Position numbers and translations under genes: made by a program. Below the pieces are notes generated by a model. It had not been told where the DNA came from. It did not search any database and worked only from the letters and a program-made list of their open reading frames with translations. Of a DNA stretch of 64,000 nucleotides, positions 38,976 through 49,805 are shown one piece after another. The stretch covers positions 6,303 through 70,302 of the forward strand of contig JACPPO010000014.1 in the NCBI GenBank assembly GCA_016190945.1, in the 5' to 3' direction. Each line of letters starts with the position of its first letter. Position 1 is the stretch's first letter. This DNA is from Acidobacteriota bacterium. Its GTDB lineage: Bacteria; Acidobacteriota; Vicinamibacteria; Vicinamibacterales; UBA2999.

Positions 38976-40578
38976 CTCTTCTCCCTCTTCCTCTCATCCC
39001 TCCACGCTCGCCCGCTCCGCCGCCTCGGCTGGCGCGGCGACGATGACGAGCCGCATCCTCGGCGTGGTGCGCGAGCAGGTTCTCGCGGCGCTGTTCGGTG
39101 CCGGCAATGCGATGGACGCCTACAACGTCGCCTACCGCATTCCCAACCTGGTGCGCGACCTGTTTGCCGAGGGCGCCATGAGCAGCGCCTTCGTACCGAC
39201 GTTCACGCGCCATCTGACGGCCGAGGGCAGGGAGTCCGCGTGGCGGCTCGGCAACCATGTCGTCAACGCGTTGGTCGTGATCACGACCGCCCTCGTGCTC
39301 GTCGGGATCGTGTTCGCGGAACCCCTGGTCACCCTCTTCGCCGCCGCGTACGGCAGCGTCCCGGGCAAGCTCGAGCTTACGGTGTTCCTGACGCGCCTCA
39401 TGCTCCCGTTTCTCACGTTCGTGGCGATTGCCGCCGCGTTCATGGGCATGCTCAACTCGCTCCATCGGTTCTTCATCCCGGCGCTGTCGCCCGCGATGTA
39501 CAACGTGGCGACGATTACCTGCGCGCTCGTGCTCGTGCCGCTCATGCCGGGCATGGGGCTCCCGGCGATTGCCGCGGTCGCGGTTGGATCGCTCGTCGGC
39601 GGCGTCGCGCAGCTGGCCCTGCAGTGGCCCGCACTGCGGCGCGACGGTTTCAGGTACCGTCCGATCCTCGACTGGCACGACGAGAGCCTCAGGCGCGTGC
39701 TGGTGCTGATGGGGCCGGGGACGATCGGCCTCGCGGCGACTCAGGTCAACGTGTTCGTGAACACGGTGCTCGCGACGGGCCAGGGCACCGGCGCCGTTTC
39801 CTGGCTGAACTATGCGTTCCGGCTGATGTACCTGCCGATTGGGCTGTTCGGCGTGTCGATTGCCACCGCGACGTTGCCGGCCGTGTCGCGCCACGCCGCG
39901 CGGCACGACGAGACCGCCGCGCGCAGCACGATCGCCGACGGGTTTTCGCTCATGCTGATGCTCAACGTGCCGGCCACGGTGGGCCTGGTGGTACTCGCGA
40001 CACCGATTGTACGCGTCATTTTCGAGCGGAGCGCGTTTACCGCGGCGGACACGGCGGCCACCGCCGCCGCGTTGCAGCTCTACGCCATTGGCCTCGTCGG
40101 CTACTCCATCGTACGCATCGCCTCCCCCGTGTTCTACGCCCTCGGGCAGAACCGGACGCCGGTGATGATCAGCGTGGCCACGGTGCTGGCAAACGCGCTC
40201 CTGAACGTGCTGCTCGCGAGGTTCATGGGGTATCGCGGACTCGCGCTTGGCACGTCAATCGCCGCGCTCCTCAATGCGGCGCTGCTCATGTTCTTCCTTC
40301 GCCGGAGACTCGATGGAATCGAGGGCGGCCGCGTGGCCCGATCGCTCGGGCGCATCACACTGGCGTCGGCGCTCATGGGCATCGCGGCGGTGGCGGCTGA
40401 CGTGGCTGCCGGCGCCTGGCTGCCCGGGCGCGGACTGATGCTCCAGGTCATGCGCCTTACCGCGACGATCGGCGTCGCGCTCGGCGTCCTCTCCGGGGCC
40501 GCCTACGTACTGCGCATCCGGGAGTTTCGTGACGGCGTGGCCCTCGTCACGCGCAGGTTCCGCTCCACGCCTCAATGA
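38965..40578 (+). CDS. murJ: Lipid II flippase MurJ
   Basis: TMTSRILGVVREQVLAALFGAGNAMDAYNVAYRIPNLVRDLFAEGAMSSAFVP, with about 14 transmembrane segments. TTG 38965 keeps the conserved N-terminus. ATG 39043 is an alternative start. Confidence 0.92.
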   Translation: MAPSSSPSSSHPSTLARSAASAGAATMTSRILGVVREQVLAALFGAGNAMDAYNVAYRIPNLVRDLFAEGAMSSAFVPTFTRHLTAEGRESAWRLGNHVVNALVVITTALVLVGIVFAEPLVTLFAAAYGSVPGKLELTVFLTRLMLPFLTFVAIAAAFMGMLNSLHRFFIPALSPAMYNVATITCALVLVPLMPGMGLPAIAAVAVGSLVGGVAQLALQWPALRRDGFRYRPILDWHDESLRRVLVLMGPGTIGLAATQVNVFVNTVLATGQGTGAVSWLNYAFRLMYLPIGLFGVSIATATLPAVSRHAARHDETAARSTIADGFSLMLMLNVPATVGLVVLATPIVRVIFERSAFTAADTAATAAALQLYAIGLVGYSIVRIASPVFYALGQNRTPVMISVATVLANALLNVLLARFMGYRGLALGTSIAALLNAALLMFFLRRRLDGIEGGRVARSLGRITLASALMGIAAVAADVAAGAWLPGRGLMLQVMRLTATIGVALGVLSGAAYVLRIREFRDGVALVTRRFRSTPQ

Positions 40579-41792
40579 AATCGCGGCCTCTTGGGCTCCA
40601 TCCAACGGTTCTGCTGCTAGCGGGTACGCATTTTTTCGTTGACGGCTACAGCAACATCTACGCGCCGCTCCTGCCGCTGCTCATCCCGCACCTGAACCTG
40701 TCGCTGGCCGCCGCCGGCACGCTCCAGATGTGTTTTCAGATGGCGAATTCCGTCGCGCAGCTCGGATTCGGCCACATTGCCGACCGGTGGCGTCCCCGGG
40801 TCCTCGTCATCGTCGGTCCATTCGTCACCGTGTCGATTCTCTCGCTCACCGGGCTTGCGTCCAGCCCATGGATGCTCGGCGTCATTCTGATTGCCGGCGG
40901 TCTTGGCGCCGCAGCATTTCATCCTCCCGCTGCAGCCTTGGTGCATCGCCGTGGCGGGGAACACAAAGCCTTCGCGATGTCCCTTCATATCACCGGCGGG
41001 TCGCTTGGTTTCTCGCTCGGCCCGCTCATCTTTGCACCATTTGCCGAGCGCTATGGGCTGCACTGGACTCCGTTTCTCATGATCCCGGCGCTCGCGGTGC
41101 TCGCGCTCTTGCTGCCGCGGGTTCCTCTGATCGAACACCCGCGAAAGCGTGGCGAGCTGGTGGGATTCCGCGCCCTGCGGCCCTACAGGAAACCACTGAC
41201 GTTGCTCTACCTGATCGTTGTGATTCGCACCCTCGCGGCCCTGAGCTTCGCCACCTTCATGCCGGTTATGCTCACGCGGCGCGGCATGTCGTTGGCGGAA
41301 GCGGGCACGGCCATCGCGGCGTACCTGCTTGCCAGCAGCGTGGGCGGGTTTCTGGGCGGCCCGCTCGCGGATCGATGGGGTCCACGCAGCGTCATCATCT
41401 GGTCACTCGTCCTTTCGGTGCCTTTCCTCGCGCTGGCACCCATGCAGGCGGGGTGGACGTTTGTGGCGGTGGTCTCGCTCGGCGGTTTCCTGCTGCAGTC
41501 CACGCTGCCGGTCAACGTCACTTTTGGCCAAATGATCGCGCCGATCAGCGCCGCTACCGTGTCGTCGCTGATGATGGGCTTCGCCTGGGGAATGGGCGGC
41601 CTCAGCGTGCCGTTTGTCGGTATGCTTGCAGACCGCATCGGGATTGAACGCGCCCTCGTCGCCATGGCGTTCACGCCACTCGTGGCTGCGATGTTTGCGG
41701 CGCCGCTCCCGGCGGGGAAACTCGGGCATACGCCGGCCCGGGCGTCTGACGTGGGCCACGCGGAAACCACGGGCGCGGATGTTGCCGAGTAA
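40575..41792 (+). CDS. MFS transporter
   Basis: About 12 transmembrane segments and an MFS loop motif GHIADRWRPR. Its start overlaps the murJ stop. Confidence 0.85.
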   Translation: MKSRPLGLHPTVLLLAGTHFFVDGYSNIYAPLLPLLIPHLNLSLAAAGTLQMCFQMANSVAQLGFGHIADRWRPRVLVIVGPFVTVSILSLTGLASSPWMLGVILIAGGLGAAAFHPPAAALVHRRGGEHKAFAMSLHITGGSLGFSLGPLIFAPFAERYGLHWTPFLMIPALAVLALLLPRVPLIEHPRKRGELVGFRALRPYRKPLTLLYLIVVIRTLAALSFATFMPVMLTRRGMSLAEAGTAIAAYLLASSVGGFLGGPLADRWGPRSVIIWSLVLSVPFLALAPMQAGWTFVAVVSLGGFLLQSTLPVNVTFGQMIAPISAATVSSLMMGFAWGMGGLSVPFVGMLADRIGIERALVAMAFTPLVAAMFAAPLPAGKLGHTPARASDVGHAETTGADVAE

Positions 41793-41818
41793 GCCTGAAT
41801 TGGAACAGACTGGATCCA

Positions 41819-42571
41819 ATGCGTTCCCGCTATCCTGCCTCCTCGATCTTTGCATCCTCGTTCGGCCCTGGACCGCTGACGCCGGCGATCAAGGCACTCA
41901 TCGCGGCCAACGTCGCCGCTTTCCTCGTCGCCCTGGTCGTGCCCGCGATCACGCTGCGCCTCGGGCTGCGTCCGGCCGATGTCGTCGGAAGGTTGCAGCT
42001 CTGGCAACCCCTCACGTACATGTTCCTTCACGGCGGGATCTTTCACCTCCTGTTCAACATGCTTGCGCTCTGGATGTTCGGCGTGGAGCTGGAGCGGATG
42101 TGGGGCAGCCGGTTCTTCACGAAGTTCTACTTCGTTGCCGGCGGCGGCGCCGCGTTGACGACGCTGCTGCTGTCGTTCACGCCGCTGCCGTTTGCCGATC
42201 AGTTGTACTACTCGCTGACCATCGGCGCGTCTGGCGCGGTGTACGGCGTACTGCTCGCCTACGCGAGGTACTTTCCGCACCGCCCGATCTACCTGTACTT
42301 CGTCTTTCCGGTTCCAGCGAAGTATTTCGTGATCATCATCGGCGCGATTTCACTGCTGTCGTCGACGAACGGACCGGGCGGTGGCGTCGCCCATACGACG
42401 CACCTCGGAGGCCTGATCGCCGCCTACCTGTACCTGAGGAGCGGCGCACGATCGGGTCTGACGGCGGAAATCAGGTATCGGTACCTGAAATGGCGCATCA
42501 ACCGCACGCGCCGCCGGTTCGATGTGTACCCAGGCGGCCGCGCCGACAATGTCGACCGGCGCGTACATTAG
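41819..42571 (+). CDS. Rhomboid family intramembrane serine protease
   Basis: FHLLFNMLAL, catalytic GASGAVYGVL and the distal HLGG. Confidence 0.88.
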   Translation: MRSRYPASSIFASSFGPGPLTPAIKALIAANVAAFLVALVVPAITLRLGLRPADVVGRLQLWQPLTYMFLHGGIFHLLFNMLALWMFGVELERMWGSRFFTKFYFVAGGGAALTTLLLSFTPLPFADQLYYSLTIGASGAVYGVLLAYARYFPHRPIYLYFVFPVPAKYFVIIIGAISLLSSTNGPGGGVAHTTHLGGLIAAYLYLRSGARSGLTAEIRYRYLKWRINRTRRRFDVYPGGRADNVDRRVH

Positions 42572-42616
42572 CAGCCAGTAGGCGGTGGCAGCAGGAGCGG
42601 TTGCCCCCTTCATTCC

Positions 42617-43072
42617 TTACTGCTTACTGATACTGAACGGCAGTCTCGATGCGCCGAGCGCCAGCGCCATCAGTCCACCGAGGACGGGAAGGCCTACCCC
42701 GTCCGTCAGGAACTCCCACTCGTAGAAGAAACCGCGCGCGAAGTGAAAGTTCGCCACCATAAGGAACGCGAGCGCCGCAACCAGGCGAGTCCAGAATCCC
42801 AGAATCAGCGCGACGCCCGTTGAAAGCTCCGCAAGCGGAACCAGCCGCGCGAACAGCGGAACGCCCGGCACGGCCACGGTCTCGATGTACCAGCGGGTGC
42901 TGGGCGCGGCATCCTGCAGCCATTCCTTGAGATACTCCGCGAGGATGCTGCTGTCTCCGAACCACGCCAGCTTGCCGAGGCCGACGAAGATAAAGAACAC
43001 GCCGAGCATGAGCGCGAGCGCACGCAGGCCGTACGCGCCGGCCCTTCCCCCGCCCGTTGACTGACCCTGCAT
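42617..43072 (-). CDS. DoxX-family membrane protein
   Basis: Four transmembrane segments (LMLGVFFIFVGLGKL.., LAELSTGVALILG). Start at ATG 43072, 20 nt after the cupin stop. Confidence 0.72.
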   Translation of the reverse strand: MQGQSTGGGRAGAYGLRALALMLGVFFIFVGLGKLAWFGDSSILAEYLKEWLQDAAPSTRWYIETVAVPGVPLFARLVPLAELSTGVALILGFWTRLVAALAFLMVANFHFARGFFYEWEFLTDGVGLPVLGGLMALALGASRLPFSISKQ

Positions 43073-43092
43073 CGTTGTCGCCACGGCCGTTG

Positions 43093-43434
43093 TTAATCCT
43101 CGTCCCGGAGCCAGTCCCGCCGCACGGGGCTGAAGACATCCAGCTCGAAGGTATCCTCGAGCGCCTCCGCCTGGTGCGGAATCCACGACGGAATGTGCAG
43201 TACCTCGCCTTCGCGCACCATCGTCTCCTCGCCGCCGACGACGACTTTCAGCGCCCCCTGCAGGATGTAGGTCATCTGCTCGCTTTCGTGCGAATGCAGT
43301 GGGACAAGCGCGCCGCGCTTGAGATAGATCTGCGCCAGCATCTCGCGTTCACCTGCGACAATCTTCTGGGAGATCATCTCGGTGATCTTCTCGAGCGCGA
43401 TCTCATCCCAGCGATGGACCCGCAGGGTGGTCAT
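43093..43434 (-). CDS. Cupin domain protein
   Basis: Cupin motifs PLHSHESEQMTYILQG and GEVLHIPSWIPH. Confidence 0.8.
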   Translation of the reverse strand: MTTLRVHRWDEIALEKITEMISQKIVAGEREMLAQIYLKRGALVPLHSHESEQMTYILQGALKVVVGGEETMVREGEVLHIPSWIPHQAEALEDTFELDVFSPVRRDWLRDED

Positions 43435-43466
43435 AAGCTTCCCGATAGTGCCATAATTTGCCGCGT

Positions 43467-45617
43467 ATGAAGGGGTCGACCCTGGCCCAGGGCGCCGACG
43501 CGCGAGCCGACGCCCGGCGGGCGCGCGGAGAACACGAAGGATTGACCCGCGACGAGCTGCTCGCTGCCTACCGGACCATGCTTCTGTCGCGGAAGATTGA
43601 CGACAAGGAGATTCAGCTCAAGCACCACAGCCAGGCGTTCTTCCAGATCAGCGGCGCCGGGCACGAAGCGGTCCTCGTGGCGGCCGGCGGCCACTTGCGC
43701 AGCGGCTACGACTGGTTCTTCCCGTACTATCGCGACCGTGCCCTCTGTCTCACGATCGGTGTGACGCCGCTGGACATGCTGCTCGCGTCGGTCGGCGCGA
43801 AGGACGATCCCGCGTCCGGCGGACGCCAGATGCCCTCGCATTGGGGTCACAAGCGGCTGAACATCCCTTCACAGAGCAGCGCCACTACGACGCAGTGTCT
43901 GCACGCGGTCGGTTGCGCCGAGGCCGCCCTCATCTACCAGCGCGGCACGCAGATTCCCGATCGCGAGTCGCACTTCCATGATGACGAGGTCACGTACGTT
44001 TCGATTGGCGACGGCGCGACCAGCGCAGGCGAGTTCTGGGAATCGCTCAACACCGCCTGCACGAACAACCTGCCCCTCCTCTATCTCGTCGAGGACAACG
44101 GCTATGCCATATCGGTCCCGGTGGAAGTACAGACGCCCGGGGGCGACATCTCGCGGCTTGTCGAGCGTTTTCCCGGCCTTCGAACATTTCGCTGCGACGG
44201 CACCGATTACCTGGCGAGCTACCGAACCCTCGGCGATGCGGTCTCGCACGTGCGCGCCCGGAAAGGTCCGGCGTTTGTTCACGCGGCCGTCATCCGCCCA
44301 TACTCGCACTCCCTCTCCGACGATGAGAAGCTGTACAAGACGGCGTCGGAGCGCGAGGCTGAGGCCCGACGGGATCCGCTGGTGCGGATGCGGCACTTCC
44401 TCAAGGCACAGGACCTGGCGACTGACGCCGACCTCGAGGACCTCCTCGCGTCGGTCGAGCGCGAGGTCAATGCCGCTGCCGAGCGGGCGCTCGCCGCGCC
44501 GAAGCCAGAACCGGCAACGGCCGCGCTGTACGTCTTCTCTCCGGACGTCGATCCGTCATCGTCAGCCTTTGCGACCGAGCCGCAGCCGCTGGGCGCTCCC
44601 GAGACCATGGTCGGCACGATCAACGCAACCCTGCGCGACGAGATGGCGCGCGATCCCCGCATCATCGTGTTCGGCGAGGACGTGGCGGACGCGAGCCGTG
44701 AAGACGTGCTGACCAGCGTCGCCGGCAAAGGCGGCGTCTTCAAGGTGACGCATGGCCTGCAGCGGCTCTACGGCAGCGATCGCGTCTTCAACTCTCCGCT
44801 GGCCGAGGCGAACATCATCGGCCGGGGCGTGGGGATGGCGCTCCGCCGCTTGAAGCCGGTCGTCGAGATTCAGTTCTTCGACTACATCTGGCCCGCGTTC
44901 ATGCAGCTCCGCGACGAGATGGCGATGATGCGGTACCGGTCGAGCAACAACTGGTCGTGCCCGATGGTGATTCGTGTTCCAATCGGGGGCTACCTGCGCG
45001 GCGGTGCGCCGTACCACAGCCAGTCCGGGGTTGCGATCTTTGCGCACACCCCGGGCATCCGGATCGCGTTCCCGTCGAACGCCCAGGACGCTGCCGGGCT
45101 CCTCCGGACCGCGATCCGCTGCGACGACCCGGTGCTCTTCCTCGAGCACAAGCATCTGTATCGCCAGACTTACAACAAGAGCCCCTACCCCGGAAGCGAC
45201 TACATGATTCCGTTTGGCAAGGCGTCGGTCGCCCGCGAGGGTTCCGACGTGGTGGTCTTCACGTGGGGCGCGCTCGTCCAGCGCTCGCTGCTAGCGGCGC
45301 AGCAGGCGGAGCACGACGGAATCGGCGCGGCGGTCATCGACCTTCGAACGATCATTCCGTACGACTGGAACACGATTGCCGCCTACACACGGAAAACCAG
45401 CCGCGTCGTGGTCGTCCACGAGGATCAGCTGACGTGCGGATTCGGCGCCGAGATCGCGGCACGGATTTCCCAGGAACTGTTCGAGCACCTCGACGCCCCC
45501 GTGATGCGTGTGGCGTCACTCGATTGCCCGGTCGCGTACGCGCCGGTGCTCGAGGAGACGATCCTGCCCGGCTCTGCCGACGTCCTGAAGGCGATTCGCA
45601 CGATCGCCGCCTACTGA
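43467..45617 (+). CDS. 2-oxoacid dehydrogenase E1 component, fused alpha/beta subunits
   Basis: The N-terminal half resembles the TPP-binding alpha subunit ([17 protein letters not shown]). The C-terminal half resembles the beta subunit ([12 protein letters not shown], transketolase-like C-terminus). No E2 or E3 gene lies nearby. TTG 43458 is an alternative start. Confidence 0.9.
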   Translation: MKGSTLAQGADARADARRARGEHEGLTRDELLAAYRTMLLSRKIDDKEIQLKHHSQAFFQISGAGHEAVLVAAGGHLRSGYDWFFPYYRDRALCLTIGVTPLDMLLASVGAKDDPASGGRQMPSHWGHKRLNIPSQSSATTTQCLHAVGCAEAALIYQRGTQIPDRESHFHDDEVTYVSIGDGATSAGEFWESLNTACTNNLPLLYLVEDNGYAISVPVEVQTPGGDISRLVERFPGLRTFRCDGTDYLASYRTLGDAVSHVRARKGPAFVHAAVIRPYSHSLSDDEKLYKTASEREAEARRDPLVRMRHFLKAQDLATDADLEDLLASVEREVNAAAERALAAPKPEPATAALYVFSPDVDPSSSAFATEPQPLGAPETMVGTINATLRDEMARDPRIIVFGEDVADASREDVLTSVAGKGGVFKVTHGLQRLYGSDRVFNSPLAEANIIGRGVGMALRRLKPVVEIQFFDYIWPAFMQLRDEMAMMRYRSSNNWSCPMVIRVPIGGYLRGGAPYHSQSGVAIFAHTPGIRIAFPSNAQDAAGLLRTAIRCDDPVLFLEHKHLYRQTYNKSPYPGSDYMIPFGKASVAREGSDVVVFTWGALVQRSLLAAQQAEHDGIGAAVIDLRTIIPYDWNTIAAYTRKTSRVVVVHEDQLTCGFGAEIAARISQELFEHLDAPVMRVASLDCPVAYAPVLEETILPGSADVLKAIRTIAAY

Positions 45618-46031
45618 TGGGTCGCGCCCTCGCCGTTGTACTCCTGGCGTCGGCGCTGCTCGGCACGCGAACCGACGCGGCGCTGGCCGTCGACGTGCTC
45701 CCCTCGATCGGCGGCCTTCCTCCCCACATCGTCGGACTCTTCGAAGAGCCCGTCGGATTTCAGCAGACCCCCGGTGGTCCGTACTACGTGTTCGACCGGC
45801 GGGGCCACACGTCTACGCCGTCGCTGCCGACACGCGCGCCGCACTGAAGCTCATCGAGAGCGGGTAGGAGCCGGGACGCATCATCCAGCCGCGCGGGTTT
45901 GATACGTCGGCGACCGGATCCTTCAGTTCAGCGCCGCCGGCATCATCGGCCCGACGAGCCTGTTCTTCACTCGGGACGGCCGGCTGCTGGTGACGCCGGG
46001 GTGTTACGAGTTCAATCCGACCGTACGTTAG
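45617..46031 (+). pseudogene. Decayed NHL/beta-propeller-like secreted protein gene
   Basis: A signal peptide followed by ..PYYVFDRRGHT, then three lesions. A missing base near 45812 shifts the frame (VYAVAADTRAALKLIESG). An in-frame TAG sits near 45866 before EPGRIIQPRGFD. Another shift leads to GIIGPTSLFFTRDGRLLVTPG. Total length is far shorter than a propeller protein. Confidence 0.45.
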
Positions 46032-46150
46032 CCACGAAGACGGCTTCGGCCGCAAAGCGCGCGAAGAACTCAAAGTTTTTCTGTTCTATGCTTTGAGTCC
46101 TTTGTGACCTTCGTGACTGATACGTCTTGGTGCTCCTGGGGGCGCGTTGT

Positions 46151-47097
<947 letters not shown>

Positions 47098-47101
<4 letters not shown>

Positions 47102-47901
47102 GTCGCGTGCTTGCGCTACTCGGCAAGGAACTCGCGGACCTTCGACAGAATCCCGCCGTCTTCCTGCCGGCGGTGCTCACCGGGTTCCTTTCCATTCTGC
47201 TGCCGTTCTTTATCGCGATTATCGTTCCGCAATTCGCCGGCGAGCGGTTGTCGGACTCAAGTGACTTCGAGATCGCAGTCGAGATGTATCGCCGTCAGCC
47301 GTCGATGCGCGCGCTGGATCCGGAAGGCGCGATCCAGGCGTGGATCTTCCAACAATTCCTTGTCCTGCTTGTCCTCGCCCCGGTCGCCGGGTCGATGTCG
47401 GTGGCGGCCTACAGCGTCATCGGCGAGAAGCAGGCGCGAAGCCTCGAGCCGTTGCTGGCCACGCCGCTCACTACCTTCGAGCTGCTGGCGGCCAAGGTGC
47501 TCGGGTCGCTTCTGCCCGCGCTGATGCTAACACTTGCCTGCTTCGGCGTGTACCTCGGCGGCGTGGCACTGCTCGCGCAACCGGGAGTCTTCCTGGCGCT
47601 CCTCACGCCCTCCTCCCTCGCCATCGTCTTCGTGCTGGGGCCGCTGGCCGCGCTTGCCGCACTGCAGCTCGCCGTGTGCGCGTCCTCGCGCGTCAACGAC
47701 GCAAGAAGCGCACAGCAGATTGGCGCGCTGATCATCCTCCCGATCGCGGCTCTACTGGTCCTGCAGCTCACGGGCAGCTTCCTTCTGACAATTCCCGCGA
47801 TCGTCTTCATCGCCCTGGCCCTGGCCGGTGTGAACGCGGGGCTGATGCTGGTTGGGATCGCGCTGTTCGACAGGGAATCAATTCTCACGCGCTGGCGGTA
47901 G
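47098..47901 (+). CDS. ABC-2 type transporter permease
   Basis: Six transmembrane segments. Its start overlaps the ATPase gene stop (ATGA). Confidence 0.75.
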
Positions 47902-48166
47902 AGGGGGACGTTCGGGCCACTCCTGGTCTGGCCTGCGCCGGCAATACTTGCACGATCATAAGCTCCGCAGGGTCGCGGAAATCGCGTGCGGTGCTCGCAA
48001 GGGATGGAATCGACCGCAGGATATACGTGACGCACCACTCGCCATCCCGTTCGAGTACGGCCGTGAATTCGTTGTGCGTAGGTGGTTCCCGCGATCTACG
48101 ATACCGCCGGCTGAGGCGCGCCGATCAACCGGGCGGTCACTCGATGGCCGGGTGCGATCTCGCACT

Positions 48167-48823
48167 ATGAAGATGGCGACCGACGGCACTGGTGAGCCGG
48201 TTACGAGGGTTATGGGAGCGCAGAACGTGCTCCTTATCGCCACCCTTGTCTGCGGTCCGGTCTTGGCTGCGCCAAGCTCGGCGGAGGACCGCGTGATCGA
48301 CACGCAGCGATCCACGCTCACTGTTCGTGTTTTCAAGTCCGGCCTGTTTCGCGCCTTCGCCGATGACCACGTCATTCAGGCGCCTCTCGCGGACGGATCG
48401 CTCGACGACTCGGCGAGCCCTCACATCCAGATCCTGATCGATGCCCGCCGCATGCGTGTGTTGGACCCTGGCCTTTCAGCAAGAGACCGCGAGGAAGCGC
48501 AGGCGCGAATGCTCGGCCCGGAAGTGCTCGACGTGAACCGATTCCAGTGGATCAGTTTTCACTCGGTGGCGATTCAGCGACTCGATGCCGGTGGCTGGCT
48601 GGTTCGGGGCGAGCTGGAACCGCATGGGCAGATCCATGCGATGGCGGTGAACGTATTTCCCAAGAACAGCCACTACACAGGCTCTGCGACGTTGCGACAG
48701 AGCGATTTCGGGATTGCACCAATTAGCATTGCGGGTGGCACGGTCAAGGTGAAGGATGACATCAGACCAAAGAGCGGAAAGGGGAGCAAGCAATGGATAC
48801 GACCTTGGACATCCTCAAGGTGA
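48167..48823 (+). CDS. YceI-like periplasmic protein
   Basis: Signal peptide, then VIDTQRSTLTVRVFKSGLF.., LDVNRFQWISF and LRQSDFGIAP. The C-terminal tail is atypical and overlaps the next gene by 31 nt. Confidence 0.78.
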   Translation: MKMATDGTGEPVTRVMGAQNVLLIATLVCGPVLAAPSSAEDRVIDTQRSTLTVRVFKSGLFRAFADDHVIQAPLADGSLDDSASPHIQILIDARRMRVLDPGLSARDREEAQARMLGPEVLDVNRFQWISFHSVAIQRLDAGGWLVRGELEPHGQIHAMAVNVFPKNSHYTGSATLRQSDFGIAPISIAGGTVKVKDDIRPKSGKGSKQWIRPWTSSR

Positions 48824-49374
48824 TACATGTCGTCAATGCCATCCTCATGGCATGGCCGTTCTACGCACTTGTTACAGTCAATCAGCGAGGTAGCTTAGGA
48901 CCGCCTTTGGGCGACCGAGCGGATACCTACATGGAGAACATCATCAAGAACCGCGCGCTTCCCTGTTTTGTGTTGCAGGGCACAGCGCTTGCGAGTGGAT
49001 TGCTCTTGGTATTTCTCCGTGGAATGGGGCTGAACGCGTTGGTTGCCAACCCGATATTGGGGCTCAAGTCGCTGCTTCTCTTGATCATCGCAGCTTTGCT
49101 GACTTACGTTCATACCACGCTGCAACCACAAATCGATGCTCTCTTTGCTCGAGCTGGTGGCCAGCTTGTGCCACAAGAACTTGGACAGCAGATCACCAAG
49201 CTTCGCCTGCGCCGCAAACGGATGGCCTCGGTTTGCCTGTTTGTCGTACTCACCGCGGCAATGCTAGGTGTACAGACTTGGGCCCCGTTTCCGTACTGGC
49301 TCACAATTGTGCTGGTTATTGGAATCGCCGCTCTTGCACGGCGGGCTTACAGCGGCGTAAGACGCTGGATGTAG
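48793..49374 (+). CDS. Hypothetical membrane protein (4-5 transmembrane segments), atypically low G+C
   Basis: Hydrophobic segments are present but I recognise no family. Codon third positions are visibly richer in A/T than in neighbouring genes. Confidence 0.6.
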   Translation: MDTTLDILKVIHVVNAILMAWPFYALVTVNQRGSLGPPLGDRADTYMENIIKNRALPCFVLQGTALASGLLLVFLRGMGLNALVANPILGLKSLLLLIIAALLTYVHTTLQPQIDALFARAGGQLVPQELGQQITKLRLRRKRMASVCLFVVLTAAMLGVQTWAPFPYWLTIVLVIGIAALARRAYSGVRRWM

Positions 49375-49805
49375 AACGTGATTTTCGCGGGAAAACGGGG
49401 CTAACCACCCAGTGCGCGCCCGATGGCCTATAAGTAACACCGAAGCGAAACGGTGGCTGCTCCCCGGTACGCGGCTAAGCGCTCCCCGCACCAATCCTGC
49501 GTGCCTTGCGGTGTCGCTTCGGCCTTCTTGCCGCAACAGCCAAGGATCACCACGGCGTCTGGGCTCCAGGTAGCTGCTCGCCACGGCCGCCGATCTATGT
49601 CACTTATGAGACCGGCGACCCTCGAACGCCGCCGCCGTCATGGCCTGATTGAGAGAATCCGCATCCCAGGGCGCCCGCGACCGTGCACATAATGCGTACA
49701 TGCGACGTTTGAGCGCGCGGCTTGGCTGCCTCGAGCGGAGTTCAGTGAAATGACGCACGCCCACGGGATGGCGCCTGGCAGGTGGCATGCCAACGGTGCG
49801 CTCCC

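Noticed and set aside
47930-48075. Possible HicB-like antitoxin remnant on the minus strand (..NEFTAVLERDGEWCVTYI..).
   Set aside because: Only ~12 residues resemble the HicB N-terminus. There is no start codon, the similarity disappears immediately afterwards, and no hicA partner is present. The evidence is too weak to call.
49375-49805. A known housekeeping ncRNA (SRP RNA, RNase P, tmRNA or 6S) in the 430-nt gap upstream of the fad operon.
   Set aside because: I could not find any of the conserved signature strings of these RNAs by eye. The gap remains unassigned and is covered in the islet finding.
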